A DNA stretch of 64,000 bases from Candidatus Actinomarina sp. Lineage in GTDB: Bacteria; Actinomycetota; Acidimicrobiia; Actinomarinales; Actinomarinaceae. How positions within the stretch are numbered: the first letter of the stretch is position 1; every line of letters begins with the position of its first letter. The translations under genes were made by a program, and so were the position numbers. The stretch spans positions 3,240 through 67,239 of the forward strand of contig JBEROH010000015.1 of assembly GCA_041234785.1 (NCBI GenBank), given 5' to 3'. The notes under the pieces are model-generated. The model worked only from the letters and a program-made list of their open reading frames with translations. It was not told the DNA's origin and made no database searches. Of the stretch, positions 18,349 to 27,847 are shown one piece after another.

Positions 18349-19973
18349 GAAATCTGAATATTCGTTGGTTGGGTAAACTTCCTTATTTAGAAGCTTATGA
18401 TTTACAACAAGGATTTCATAAGTCAGTTTCTAATGTAAATAGTGTTTCTGACTATCTTTTGTTGTTAGAGCATCCACCAGTTATAACTGCCGGAAGGTCT
18501 TCTGATAAGAATAATTTATTAGTTACTGATGAAACCCTTTTGCAAAATGGTATTGAGTATTTTTCAACAGATAGAGGTGGAGATATAACTTTTCACGGAG
18601 AAGGTCAATTAATTGGATACCCTATAATTAAATTAGAAGATCCTAAAAAAGTCATTCCTTTTGTTCGTGCCCTCGAGGAAGTACTTATAAATACATTAAG
18701 AGATTTTAATATTGACTCTTTTACTAAAGAAAATGATACAGGTGTATGGACTTCTTTAGGGAAAATAGCATCAATTGGCATCAAAGTAAGTAAATGGACT
18801 ACTTATCATGGGTTTTCATTAAATATTTTTAATTCTCTTGATGGTTATCAGTTTATAAATCCATGCGGTAGTACAAGTGAAAACATGACATCGCTTCATC
18901 ATTTTAACGACCAAGTTTCATTTGATGATGTTGCGAATACAATAGCAAAAAACTTTATAAAAGTTTTTAGATACTCAGCGTACGATATTAAATTTTCACA
19001 ATTTACTCCAAAACAACTCAGATCAGGAAAAGAATTTAATATTGATAAAATGGTTAAAGCTGGTGTTTTTAACCCAAAGAATAATTCTATCCCTATTGTG
19101 ATTAAGGGTGTTCTCCCAAGTGAGCCAGATAGACCAGAGTGGATGAAGGTAAAAGCAAATTTAGGGAGTGACTATATGTCATTAAAAAATTTATTAAAAG
19201 AAAAAAAATTAAATACAGTTTGTGAGGAAGCCTCTTGTCCAAATATTTATGAATGCTGGTCAATGGGCACTGCTACATTTATTATTATGGGCGATATTTG
19301 TACTCGTGCTTGTGGTTTTTGCGATGTGAAAACAGGCAAACCTGGCTATTTAGATCTCAACGAGCCATTAAGAGTAGCTGAAAGTGTAAAGGCAATGGGA
19401 CTATCTCATGCTGTAATTACGTCAGTAAATCGTGATGATTTAGAAGATGGAGGTTCAGAATTTTTTGCTGAAACAATTCGTGAGGTAAAAAGATTAAAAG
19501 AAAAATGTGATGTTGAAGTGTTGATACCAGATTTTAAAGGAGACAGAACTGCAATAGATAATATTATCGACGCTCAACCGGAAGTAATAAATCATAATCT
19601 TGAGACAGTACCTAGACTACAAAGAGAAATTCGGACGGCGGCTTCTTATGGCAGATCGTTATCTTTACTTTATTATGTGAAACAACAAGGCTTCTTAGGA
19701 AAGACTAAAACAGGTTTAATTGTTGGCATGGGCGAGTCAAAGGAGGAAGTAATATCTGTACTAAATGATATTTCTCTTTTAGAAGTTGATATAGTCACAA
19801 TTGGTCAGTATTTAAGACCTACTGCTAAACATAGACCAATAGATAGATATGCACCAATAGAAGAATTTGAAGAGTATAAGAAAATTGGTGAAAGTTTTGG
19901 TATTCCTCATGTAGAATCTGGACCACTAGTTAGGTCTTCGTACCACGCAAAAGATTCTTTCGCATCTGTTTAG
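18345..19973 (+). CDS. fused octanoyltransferase LipB / lipoyl synthase LipA
   Basis: 542-aa ORF. The N part has LipB motifs (RGGDITFHGEGQLIGYP, KWTTYHGFSLN, NPCG). The C part has the LipA clusters CEEASCPNIYEC and CTRACGFC. Its TTG start overlaps the E2 TGA. Confidence 0.88.
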   Translation: MRNLNIRWLGKLPYLEAYDLQQGFHKSVSNVNSVSDYLLLLEHPPVITAGRSSDKNNLLVTDETLLQNGIEYFSTDRGGDITFHGEGQLIGYPIIKLEDPKKVIPFVRALEEVLINTLRDFNIDSFTKENDTGVWTSLGKIASIGIKVSKWTTYHGFSLNIFNSLDGYQFINPCGSTSENMTSLHHFNDQVSFDDVANTIAKNFIKVFRYSAYDIKFSQFTPKQLRSGKEFNIDKMVKAGVFNPKNNSIPIVIKGVLPSEPDRPEWMKVKANLGSDYMSLKNLLKEKKLNTVCEEASCPNIYECWSMGTATFIIMGDICTRACGFCDVKTGKPGYLDLNEPLRVAESVKAMGLSHAVITSVNRDDLEDGGSEFFAETIREVKRLKEKCDVEVLIPDFKGDRTAIDNIIDAQPEVINHNLETVPRLQREIRTAASYGRSLSLLYYVKQQGFLGKTKTGLIVGMGESKEEVISVLNDISLLEVDIVTIGQYLRPTAKHRPIDRYAPIEEFEEYKKIGESFGIPHVESGPLVRSSYHAKDSFASV

Positions 19974-19989
19974 TTGATTTATACTTTAA

Positions 19990-21906
19990 ATGATGTTTGA
20001 TAAAGTAACCAAGTCTGTAAGAGTTCTTTCTGCCGCAGGGGTTGAAAAAGCTAATTCTGGTCATCCAGGTATGCCTTTAGGTATGTCTGATGTTGGAGTA
20101 GTTTTATTTAAAAATTTTTTAAAAATTTCCAACTCAAATCCAGATTGGATCAATAGAGACAGATTTGTACTAAGTGCAGGACACGGATCAATGCTTCTGT
20201 ATAGCTTGCTTCATTTTAATGGATTTAATATTTCTATTGAAGACATTAAAGCATTCAGACAACTTAATTCTAAAACTGCTGGACACCCAGAAGTAGATAA
20301 TAAGTTAGGAATTGATATCACAACAGGACCCTTGGGGCAAGGTTTTGCAACAGGAGTTGGACTTGCCTTAGCTGAGACTTACTTAGGAGAAACCTTAGGT
20401 AAAGACGTGATAGATCACTACACATACGGAATTGTTTCAGACGGAGATCTAATGGAAGGTATCTCATTTGAAGCAGCAGAACTGGCAGGTGTTTGGAAAT
20501 TAGGAAAATTAATTTATTTATTTGATGACAACAATATTTCCATAGATGGCAATGTAGACAAAGTATCAGTTACAAATCAAAAAGTAAAATTTGAGTCTAT
20601 TGGATGGCATGTCTTGGAAATTGATGGCCATAAGGAACATGAAATTATTCAAGCTATAAAAACATCCCAATCTATTACAGACAAACCTTCATTAATAATT
20701 GCAAAAAGTCTTATTGGGAAGTTTTCACCTAATAAAGAGAACACAAGTGGAGTACATGGGTCACCTTTAGGCGAAAAAGAGATGGAATTATTTCTTGAAA
20801 ATATTAAATGGGAAGGAGATGTATTTTCTCATGACGAGGATGTTTACAAATATTTTTCTATAAAAAGGGATGAAGATAACAATGCTTTTAAAGTGTGGAG
20901 CGAAAATCTAAAACTTAGATTGGAAAATGACAAAGAGTTTAATGATTTGTGGACAGAATTTATTTCAATGAAAGTTGAGGTTGAAAAAGATATTGGAACT
21001 GACGATATTGCTACAAGGATGTCTGGTAGTAAGTTATTAAAAAAAATTGGAGTTCAAAATAAATTTATTATTGGTGGTTCCGCAGATTTAGCTGCTTCTA
21101 CAAAGCAAATGGTTTCAGATAATTTCTACTCACATCTCAACAGGAGTGGTTCGAGTATAGAGTTTGGAATAAGGGAGCATGCTATGGGGGCAATTGTTAA
21201 TGGTGTGAGTTTACATAGTAATTTATATGGTTACGGCTCTACTTTCTTAGTATTTTCAGATTATATGAGACCTAGTATAAGATTGGCGGCGTTAATGAGA
21301 TTAAACTCGTCATTTGTTTTTACACATGATTCAATTTATCTTGGTGAAGATGGACCAACCCATCAACCAATAGAACATTTAATGTCTCTAAGACTTATTC
21401 CTAACGTAGAAGTGATTCGTCCATCTAATAGTATTGAAGTTGTGTATTCATATAGATATTTATTTTCAAACAATAAAACTCCCAAGGTTCTTTCACTCAC
21501 AAGACAAAATCTTAAATATTTAAACTTAAATATTGATTACAAAAAATTTCTTGATGGAGCTTATGAAATTAAAGAAGGTACTGATGCAACAATATTTGCT
21601 ACAGGTTCGGAAGTTGCACTTGCTATTGAAATAAGTGAGTTATTTAAAAATAAATCTATAAAAGTTGTGAGTGCACCAATTTTGAATAAGCTTACTAGTA
21701 AAAAAGCCAAAGAACTAAACAGTAATAGATTTACCTTCACGTTAGAGCTTGGTAGGTCAGTAGGTTGGGAGAGTTATATTGGAAATGTAACCAAAAGTTT
21801 TAGTATTGAAACTTTTGGTGCTTCAGCTCCGGAAACTGACTTGAAGAATAAATTTAAAATGAATGCAATGGATATAAAAAAAGAAATTGAAGAGTACTTA
21901 ATTTAG
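19990..21906 (+). CDS. tkt: transketolase
   Basis: 638-aa ORF with the N-terminal SGHPGMPLG motif, the TPP motif GDGDLMEG-like (SDGDLMEG) and EDGPTHQPIEH. Confidence 0.93.
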   Translation: MMFDKVTKSVRVLSAAGVEKANSGHPGMPLGMSDVGVVLFKNFLKISNSNPDWINRDRFVLSAGHGSMLLYSLLHFNGFNISIEDIKAFRQLNSKTAGHPEVDNKLGIDITTGPLGQGFATGVGLALAETYLGETLGKDVIDHYTYGIVSDGDLMEGISFEAAELAGVWKLGKLIYLFDDNNISIDGNVDKVSVTNQKVKFESIGWHVLEIDGHKEHEIIQAIKTSQSITDKPSLIIAKSLIGKFSPNKENTSGVHGSPLGEKEMELFLENIKWEGDVFSHDEDVYKYFSIKRDEDNNAFKVWSENLKLRLENDKEFNDLWTEFISMKVEVEKDIGTDDIATRMSGSKLLKKIGVQNKFIIGGSADLAASTKQMVSDNFYSHLNRSGSSIEFGIREHAMGAIVNGVSLHSNLYGYGSTFLVFSDYMRPSIRLAALMRLNSSFVFTHDSIYLGEDGPTHQPIEHLMSLRLIPNVEVIRPSNSIEVVYSYRYLFSNNKTPKVLSLTRQNLKYLNLNIDYKKFLDGAYEIKEGTDATIFATGSEVALAIEISELFKNKSIKVVSAPILNKLTSKKAKELNSNRFTFTLELGRSVGWESYIGNVTKSFSIETFGASAPETDLKNKFKMNAMDIKKEIEEYLI

Positions 21907-24863
21907 CATCCTGTATAGGCTTTCATTTCAGCCTTAGTTCTTGTTCCAACAGCTCCATCAGGTATTAATCCAACTTTTCTTTGGAATGCTTTTATAGCTT
22001 CCCTTGTGTAAGAACCCATTTCACCATCAATTATTCCAGGATTGAATCCGTTATTTGAAAGAAATGTTTGTATATCAGCAACAGTATCTAGCTTAGCGGA
22101 CGTATTGTCACGACCAATACATACATCTGTACTTCTACAACCAGTATAAGAAAGCATTGCAGATTTAGTTTTATTTCCAACAACACCATCGGCAGTGAGT
22201 CCATTTTCTTTTTGGAATGCCTTTATTGCATTTGTAGTTTTAGGACCACTTTGTCCATCGATTGGACCAGGGTTAAACCCATTGTTAGATAAAAATTGTT
22301 GAACATCCAAAGTTGAATTGATTACTAAAGCAGAATTATCAGCGGGAACACATTCATCATTTCCTGCATTAGGATTTGACACAGCAGTTGCTGAAGCTTC
22401 TTCGACCTCACCACCGCTTGGCGTCCATCCATTTTGAAATGGCGCAGAATTAAATAGTTCAGTGGAAATTAGAGATTTTTCAACTAATTTATTAACAATA
22501 TATGAAACTTCACCAATTGTAATTTTTCTGCTGGGACAAAATTTATCACTTATTGAACTACATGATGGAATTACATCGTTTGCTGCTAAAGTATTAATTT
22601 CATTAGTCCATTTACTTGCACCTTCATCAGAATATTTATCTATTGAACCTGTTAAATTTTGAGTAGAACCTGCTTTAATTGCCCGTACTAATAAACATGC
22701 AAATTGATCTCTAGTGACATATTCAATTGGCTGAATTTGAAAAGGGCTACCAAAACAAACTTGCATTCCATAATATGGGAGAGCATTTATAGCTTGCTGG
22801 TAAATGCTCTGATCGTCATCACTGTATGCATTTGGTGAATTTAGTGGTAATCCTCCAACTATTGTAATAACAGCAGATGCTTCTTCTCTTGTTAAAGTTT
22901 TGGCTTGACATGCACTTGAAGTTTCGCTGCAGTTATTTAAAAGACCTGCTTTGGAAAGTAAATTTAAACCACTTGATGAAGTTGCATATTGAGGAGTTTC
23001 ACCTGAAGAAGTTACAACACCACCTGATGAATCTGAAGAACTGTTAGCTTGAACTGGAGCAACACTTAAGTTAGAAACATCAGATTGACTTGAAGTTTTA
23101 AAATAATGAGATCCAAAACCAAGTTGAGATTTAATATTGCGACCAGATTTTACTTCAGTTTTTGCAGCTCCGTTTTTATAGCCTTTCATTGTTACTTCAA
23201 GCGCAGCACCTGATGAAGCTACGGATGATACATATATATCAGTAACTGAATCGAAACACGGATCATCTCCACATAAAATATTTTTTGCTAATTGATAAGC
23301 TGAAAAATCATATGACCAAGCTGCTCTAGCATTACCAACACGATTATCAACGGACCATGGATCATCTACAGTTTGGAGATATGGCCATACGGTAGCAGAT
23401 CCAAAACCAACAGCATTGTCATTAGTTTTGCCACCAGTAGAAGAGGAGTAAAAAGCTTGAATAACAGAACTTTCAGTGTAGTTCCCATTATATGTAATAA
23501 CTTGTCCAGCTGTATTGTTTACCGCTTGAACCCAATTTGGTCCTGCAATTTCTTTAAGATATCCATAATAGTATTGACTAGACGCTGTTGAACCAATATG
23601 ACACCCACAATAAGCTTCTCGATCATTAGAGAGACCAACATCTGTTGATGTTCTCTCAGAAGGTATATCTTGCCTCAAGTAGTGATAGACTGCATAACTT
23701 CGACCAACAAGAGCTTGTGCTTCGAGAGCTTTTACATTCCAATGTGAGGGCATTTCTGCTAATCCATATAGGTATTTTTCTAAATTAACTGCTAGAGAAA
23801 CATGATAGCCACTAGAAACATTCTTATCTCTTAATTTTAATACTCCGTGTTTATGCTCTCTTGGACCAACTCTAATTCTCCCACCATCAGACCAGCTAAT
23901 GCCAATATTACAAGAACCTGCAACTTTTGAAACTAAAGGGTGTCCAGTAAAGTAACATTTTCCATTTGAATAGTTTATATTAACAGTTGCCCCACCACTT
24001 ATTTTCAAAGGTCCATACTGTGATTCACAAGGACCATTTGAACCTGCTTCTGATCTAATCTTGTTTAATGTTTCATCATCAATTGATCCACTTTGAGAAA
24101 TTCCAACTGAAGCTTGATAATTTTTTAGAGCATTGGATGAACGTTCTCCAAAAGCTCCATCGATAGGTCCTGGTTCGAAACCTCTAGATGTCAAAAAAAG
24201 TTGAACGCCTGCAACTTCGGGAAGGCCTTGTTGGCATATGAAAAGTGTAGGAGGGCTTGATGAGGGCAGTGTAGTCAAACTAATACTAGTAGCATTCCTT
24301 GCAAGCCCCACCCAGAGTGCATTGTTTGTTGATGCTATTTCTGGAGAAGATAGGCTCAGATCATTTAACTTTTTTACAGTGGTGTCTTTAAAATAATAAT
24401 TTACAACTTCAGCCGAAGAACAAGAGCTTGTATTTGAACAAAAGCTAGCACCAAGTTCTGTTAAACCTTTTGCTCCATATTGGCTTAATCCGACACCATG
24501 ACCCCAGCCACTACCTATAAATGTAAAAGAAATCGAACTGTAACCTCTCATTGCTTGTTTTGTAGCAGGTCCAACGACACCATCAGGTGTTAAACCAACA
24601 GTTTTTTGAAAAACTTTAATTGCATTGTCAGTTCTTGCTCCAGGAACTCCATCAATTGGTCCTGGGTTAAATCCGTTACAAGTTAAAAAAGTTTGTATAT
24701 CTTTTAGATTAGAGAGTGGGGCAACTGCATTATCAACACAAGAAAAGCTAGCTGAGTGATGGAGCACTTGAGCTTCAACATTCTGTTTCTCAATACTTAA
24801 AATAAAAATTGAAAAGACAAATAATCCTAAAAATAAATATAAGTATTTTAACCCCTGTTTCAT
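21903..24863 (-). CDS. secreted multidomain SpoIID/LytB-like peptidoglycan enzyme with four PG-binding repeats and SLH-like repeats
   Basis: 986-aa ORF with a signal peptide. It has four PG_binding_1-like repeats (NGFNPGPIDG...LTPDGVVG), a GHGVGLSQYGA motif and a SpoIID body (LEKYLYGLAEMPSHWNVKALEAQALVGRSYA...FYSSSTGG). Confidence 0.8.
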   Translation of the reverse strand: MKQGLKYLYLFLGLFVFSIFILSIEKQNVEAQVLHHSASFSCVDNAVAPLSNLKDIQTFLTCNGFNPGPIDGVPGARTDNAIKVFQKTVGLTPDGVVGPATKQAMRGYSSISFTFIGSGWGHGVGLSQYGAKGLTELGASFCSNTSSCSSAEVVNYYFKDTTVKKLNDLSLSSPEIASTNNALWVGLARNATSISLTTLPSSSPPTLFICQQGLPEVAGVQLFLTSRGFEPGPIDGAFGERSSNALKNYQASVGISQSGSIDDETLNKIRSEAGSNGPCESQYGPLKISGGATVNINYSNGKCYFTGHPLVSKVAGSCNIGISWSDGGRIRVGPREHKHGVLKLRDKNVSSGYHVSLAVNLEKYLYGLAEMPSHWNVKALEAQALVGRSYAVYHYLRQDIPSERTSTDVGLSNDREAYCGCHIGSTASSQYYYGYLKEIAGPNWVQAVNNTAGQVITYNGNYTESSVIQAFYSSSTGGKTNDNAVGFGSATVWPYLQTVDDPWSVDNRVGNARAAWSYDFSAYQLAKNILCGDDPCFDSVTDIYVSSVASSGAALEVTMKGYKNGAAKTEVKSGRNIKSQLGFGSHYFKTSSQSDVSNLSVAPVQANSSSDSSGGVVTSSGETPQYATSSSGLNLLSKAGLLNNCSETSSACQAKTLTREEASAVITIVGGLPLNSPNAYSDDDQSIYQQAINALPYYGMQVCFGSPFQIQPIEYVTRDQFACLLVRAIKAGSTQNLTGSIDKYSDEGASKWTNEINTLAANDVIPSCSSISDKFCPSRKITIGEVSYIVNKLVEKSLISTELFNSAPFQNGWTPSGGEVEEASATAVSNPNAGNDECVPADNSALVINSTLDVQQFLSNNGFNPGPIDGQSGPKTTNAIKAFQKENGLTADGVVGNKTKSAMLSYTGCRSTDVCIGRDNTSAKLDTVADIQTFLSNNGFNPGIIDGEMGSYTREAIKAFQRKVGLIPDGAVGTRTKAEMKAYTGC

Positions 24864-24902
24864 GTGTTTATTTTAAACAGAATTAATATAAACACGTTGT
24901 TA

Positions 24903-25247
24903 TTAACGTAAATTCCATTTATTAAAAATATTTACTGCAACAATAAAACAGAAATAACTAACGAACAACATATATGTAATTGGAAAAAGTGTCCCTTTAT
25001 ATTCTTTAAAAATATTTGGGGGTAGTAGTAATATGCTCAAAAATAAAATTACCCCTACTATTTTTGATTTTTTATAAGCATCGATTACAAGTAAAAACAG
25101 TAGAAAATACAATACAAAAGAAATAAAAAAATTTGTTTTTGATAAGTTCTCTAAATCAAAATTATTAAATATAGACAAACAAAATAAAAATACTGTAGTG
25201 ATTAATACGGATAATTTTAAGTTATTTTTTACTATTGACTTAATCAT
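24903..25247 (-). CDS. hypothetical integral membrane protein (114 aa)
   Basis: ORF with about 4 hydrophobic segments. No motif recognised. Confidence 0.55.
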   Translation of the reverse strand: MIKSIVKNNLKLSVLITTVFLFCLSIFNNFDLENLSKTNFFISFVLYFLLFLLVIDAYKKSKIVGVILFLSILLLPPNIFKEYKGTLFPITYMLFVSYFCFIVAVNIFNKWNLR

Positions 25248-25268
25248 CTATATTATTGTAAGTGACAT

Positions 25269-25928
25269 ATGGAATTGAGAGAATTTACATATATATTTTT
25301 AATACTTTGTATACCTTTTTTTCAATATATAGTTCACTCTACTTATCCAAAAAAAGGTTTTAGCTTCCTATTTATTATTCTTATCTCAACGTCAATTTTT
25401 CTTTCGACATCTTTTTTTTCAATAGTAGGTATTTTTTTTCTACTTGCATATCTCTATTTTCAAAATACAAATTACAAACAATATTTAATTTTTTTTAGCT
25501 TTACTTTTTTCTTATATGAATTAACAACCTTTGATAATTTTTTTTGGATTGAAATTATTCCTGCTCTTTTACCCTCAGCTGTTTTTTCATTAATGATGAT
25601 CGGTCATTGGTTTTTAGTAGATCCTACAATAAAAAGAAATGGAATGAAAAATATAGCTCTATTTTCAACCTTTTTAGCTTTTTTACTTTGCTTGTTGGTG
25701 ATGGTAAATTTTTATGAAACAAACGAAAGTTTTTTTAATTTTGGGATTAGTAGTTCTCTTAAATTAGTCATCACTTTACTTTACGCATCAGCTTCATTGC
25801 TATCTTTTGGTTCATATAAATCTTTGAATGAAAAGTCATATACTGGTGTTATGGCAAGTACAGGCTTGAGCTACCTCTCATTAATCGTTTCCCTAAGTGC
25901 AACAGGAACACTAATACTTTCTAGTTAA
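25269..25928 (+). CDS. hypothetical integral membrane protein (219 aa)
   Basis: ORF with about 6-7 hydrophobic segments, divergent from 24903..25247 with only a 21-bp spacer. No family recognised. Confidence 0.6.
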   Translation: MELREFTYIFLILCIPFFQYIVHSTYPKKGFSFLFIILISTSIFLSTSFFSIVGIFFLLAYLYFQNTNYKQYLIFFSFTFFLYELTTFDNFFWIEIIPALLPSAVFSLMMIGHWFLVDPTIKRNGMKNIALFSTFLAFLLCLLVMVNFYETNESFFNFGISSSLKLVITLLYASASLLSFGSYKSLNEKSYTGVMASTGLSYLSLIVSLSATGTLILSS

Positions 25929-25943
25929 GACTATTCTTTAATT

Positions 25944-26486
25944 ATGAAAATTTATACAAAACAAGGTGATAAAGGTGATACAAAGTTACTTTACGGTGAT
26001 TCGGTTCCCAAAGACAGTATTGCACCTGAAGCTTATGGTTCTGTCGATGAACTTGTTGCAGCCCTGGGATTGGTTCGGTTCGAAAAAGATTTACCTATTG
26101 CAACTAAAGAGCTAGTTTTGAAAATCCAAAGAGAACTTTTTGTTGTTGGAGCTGAACTTGCTACATCCAAAAAAAACAGAACAAAACTAAAAGCAAATCA
26201 AACACTTGTCGTTGAAAATATGATAAAAAATTTAGAAAAAGATATAGATTATTTAACTGAAAAAAATGGAATTCCTGAATTTTTCGTTGTTCCTGGTGAA
26301 AACTCTATATCTTCTAAGTTTGATTGGTGCCGAGTAGTTTCTAGAAGAGCAGAACGTAAATGCGTAACATGGAAAAACATAAATAAAATTGATGATACTC
26401 TTGTGATAGTCTATTTAAATCGCCTATCTGATTTACTCTGGATGCTTGCAAGGGATTTCGAAACTGAATGGACGGCTAGCAAATGA
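25944..26486 (+). CDS. ATP:cob(I)alamin adenosyltransferase, PduO type
   Basis: 180-aa ORF. The N-terminus MKIYTKQGDKGDT...GSVDEL is typical of the PduO/MMAB family. Confidence 0.85.
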   Translation: MKIYTKQGDKGDTKLLYGDSVPKDSIAPEAYGSVDELVAALGLVRFEKDLPIATKELVLKIQRELFVVGAELATSKKNRTKLKANQTLVVENMIKNLEKDIDYLTEKNGIPEFFVVPGENSISSKFDWCRVVSRRAERKCVTWKNINKIDDTLVIVYLNRLSDLLWMLARDFETEWTASK

Positions 26487-27847
26487 AACTAGATATATTT
26501 TTAGTTAAAGAAGTTAATGACAAACTTTTAACTTATTTTGAAAACTTAGAGTTATTTAATGAATTAATTGAATTAAATAAATTTGATGGAAAAGAAAATC
26601 AAAAAATATTTATTCCACTTTCACTTAGTAAAAACAAAAATAGATCTCTTCTAGTTGGAACTAATGGGTGTAGTGACAGTTATGATTTTGTAAAACTTGG
26701 AGCAGTTGTAGGTGATATGTTAAAAGAAGATTATGAAATTGAAATACATAACCTCGACACAGAAAGTAATCTTTACTCTTTTGAATTTGGAGTTTATATC
26801 TCTGAGTATAAGTTTGATCAGTTCCAAAATGATAAAAGTGAAAGACACAGTATCAAAGTTTTAGATAGTATTAATTCACTTGAAATCCAAAATAAAATTA
26901 AATCAATTTTTTGGGTTAGAGATATGGTTAATTTTCCAGCTTTAACCAAAACTCCAGAATTTTTTACAGATAAAGTTTTAGATTTAACAAAAAATTTAGA
27001 AATAAATGTTCATGTATATGAAGAAGATTGGCTTAAAGAAAATAATTTTTTTGGCTTTTTAGGTGTCGCAAGCGGATCAGAGAGAAGGCCTAAGTTTTTA
27101 GTTGGTGAATATAATCAAAATGCAAAAACTCAAATTTCTTTAATAGGGAAAGGTGTTTTATTTGATTCAGGGGGGTTATCTTTAAAGTCTCCTTCTGGTA
27201 TGGAAACCATGAAAACTGATATGGCTGGAGCAGCAACCGCTTGGGCTGTTATAGTTCTACTCGCAAAACAAGGTGTAGATGTAGGGCTTAAGGTTTATAC
27301 ACCACTTGTAGAAAATATGCCTAGTGGTTCAGCAATACGTCCTGGAGATGTTTTGCACATGAGAAATGGAAAAACAATAGAAGTTGTGAATACTGATGCC
27401 GAAGGTAGGTTAATTATGGCTGATGCCCTTGCTTTTGCTAGCGAAAGTAAACCAGATCTAATATGTGATGTTGCAACTTTAACTGGATCAGCTTATGTAG
27501 CATTAGGTGTAGATATCGGTGCTGTATTTTCTAATAATAGTGAAATAATGTCTAAGTTTCTGAGTGCAAATGAATTGAGTCACGAAATTTACCATTCTTT
27601 ACCATTAGAAAAACAATACAAAAAACTTATAAAATCAGATATAGCTGACATGAAAAATAGTGGAGGTAGTTTTGGTGGGGCAATTACTGCAGCGCTATTA
27701 TTAGAAGAGTTTGTTAACAATATAGATTGGGTTCATTTGGATATTGCTGGCCCAGCAAGATCAAGAGACAATGATCCAGTTCACTCAAAAGGTGGAACGG
27801 GTTTTGGAGTTTTAGGACTGTATAATTTTTTTAGCAAGTTAACTTAG
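26483..27847 (+). CDS. pepA: leucyl aminopeptidase (M17)
   Basis: 454-aa ORF with the M17 signature NTDAEGRL and VLFDSGGLSLK. Confidence 0.9.
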   Translation: MKLDIFLVKEVNDKLLTYFENLELFNELIELNKFDGKENQKIFIPLSLSKNKNRSLLVGTNGCSDSYDFVKLGAVVGDMLKEDYEIEIHNLDTESNLYSFEFGVYISEYKFDQFQNDKSERHSIKVLDSINSLEIQNKIKSIFWVRDMVNFPALTKTPEFFTDKVLDLTKNLEINVHVYEEDWLKENNFFGFLGVASGSERRPKFLVGEYNQNAKTQISLIGKGVLFDSGGLSLKSPSGMETMKTDMAGAATAWAVIVLLAKQGVDVGLKVYTPLVENMPSGSAIRPGDVLHMRNGKTIEVVNTDAEGRLIMADALAFASESKPDLICDVATLTGSAYVALGVDIGAVFSNNSEIMSKFLSANELSHEIYHSLPLEKQYKKLIKSDIADMKNSGGSFGGAITAALLLEEFVNNIDWVHLDIAGPARSRDNDPVHSKGGTGFGVLGLYNFFSKLT

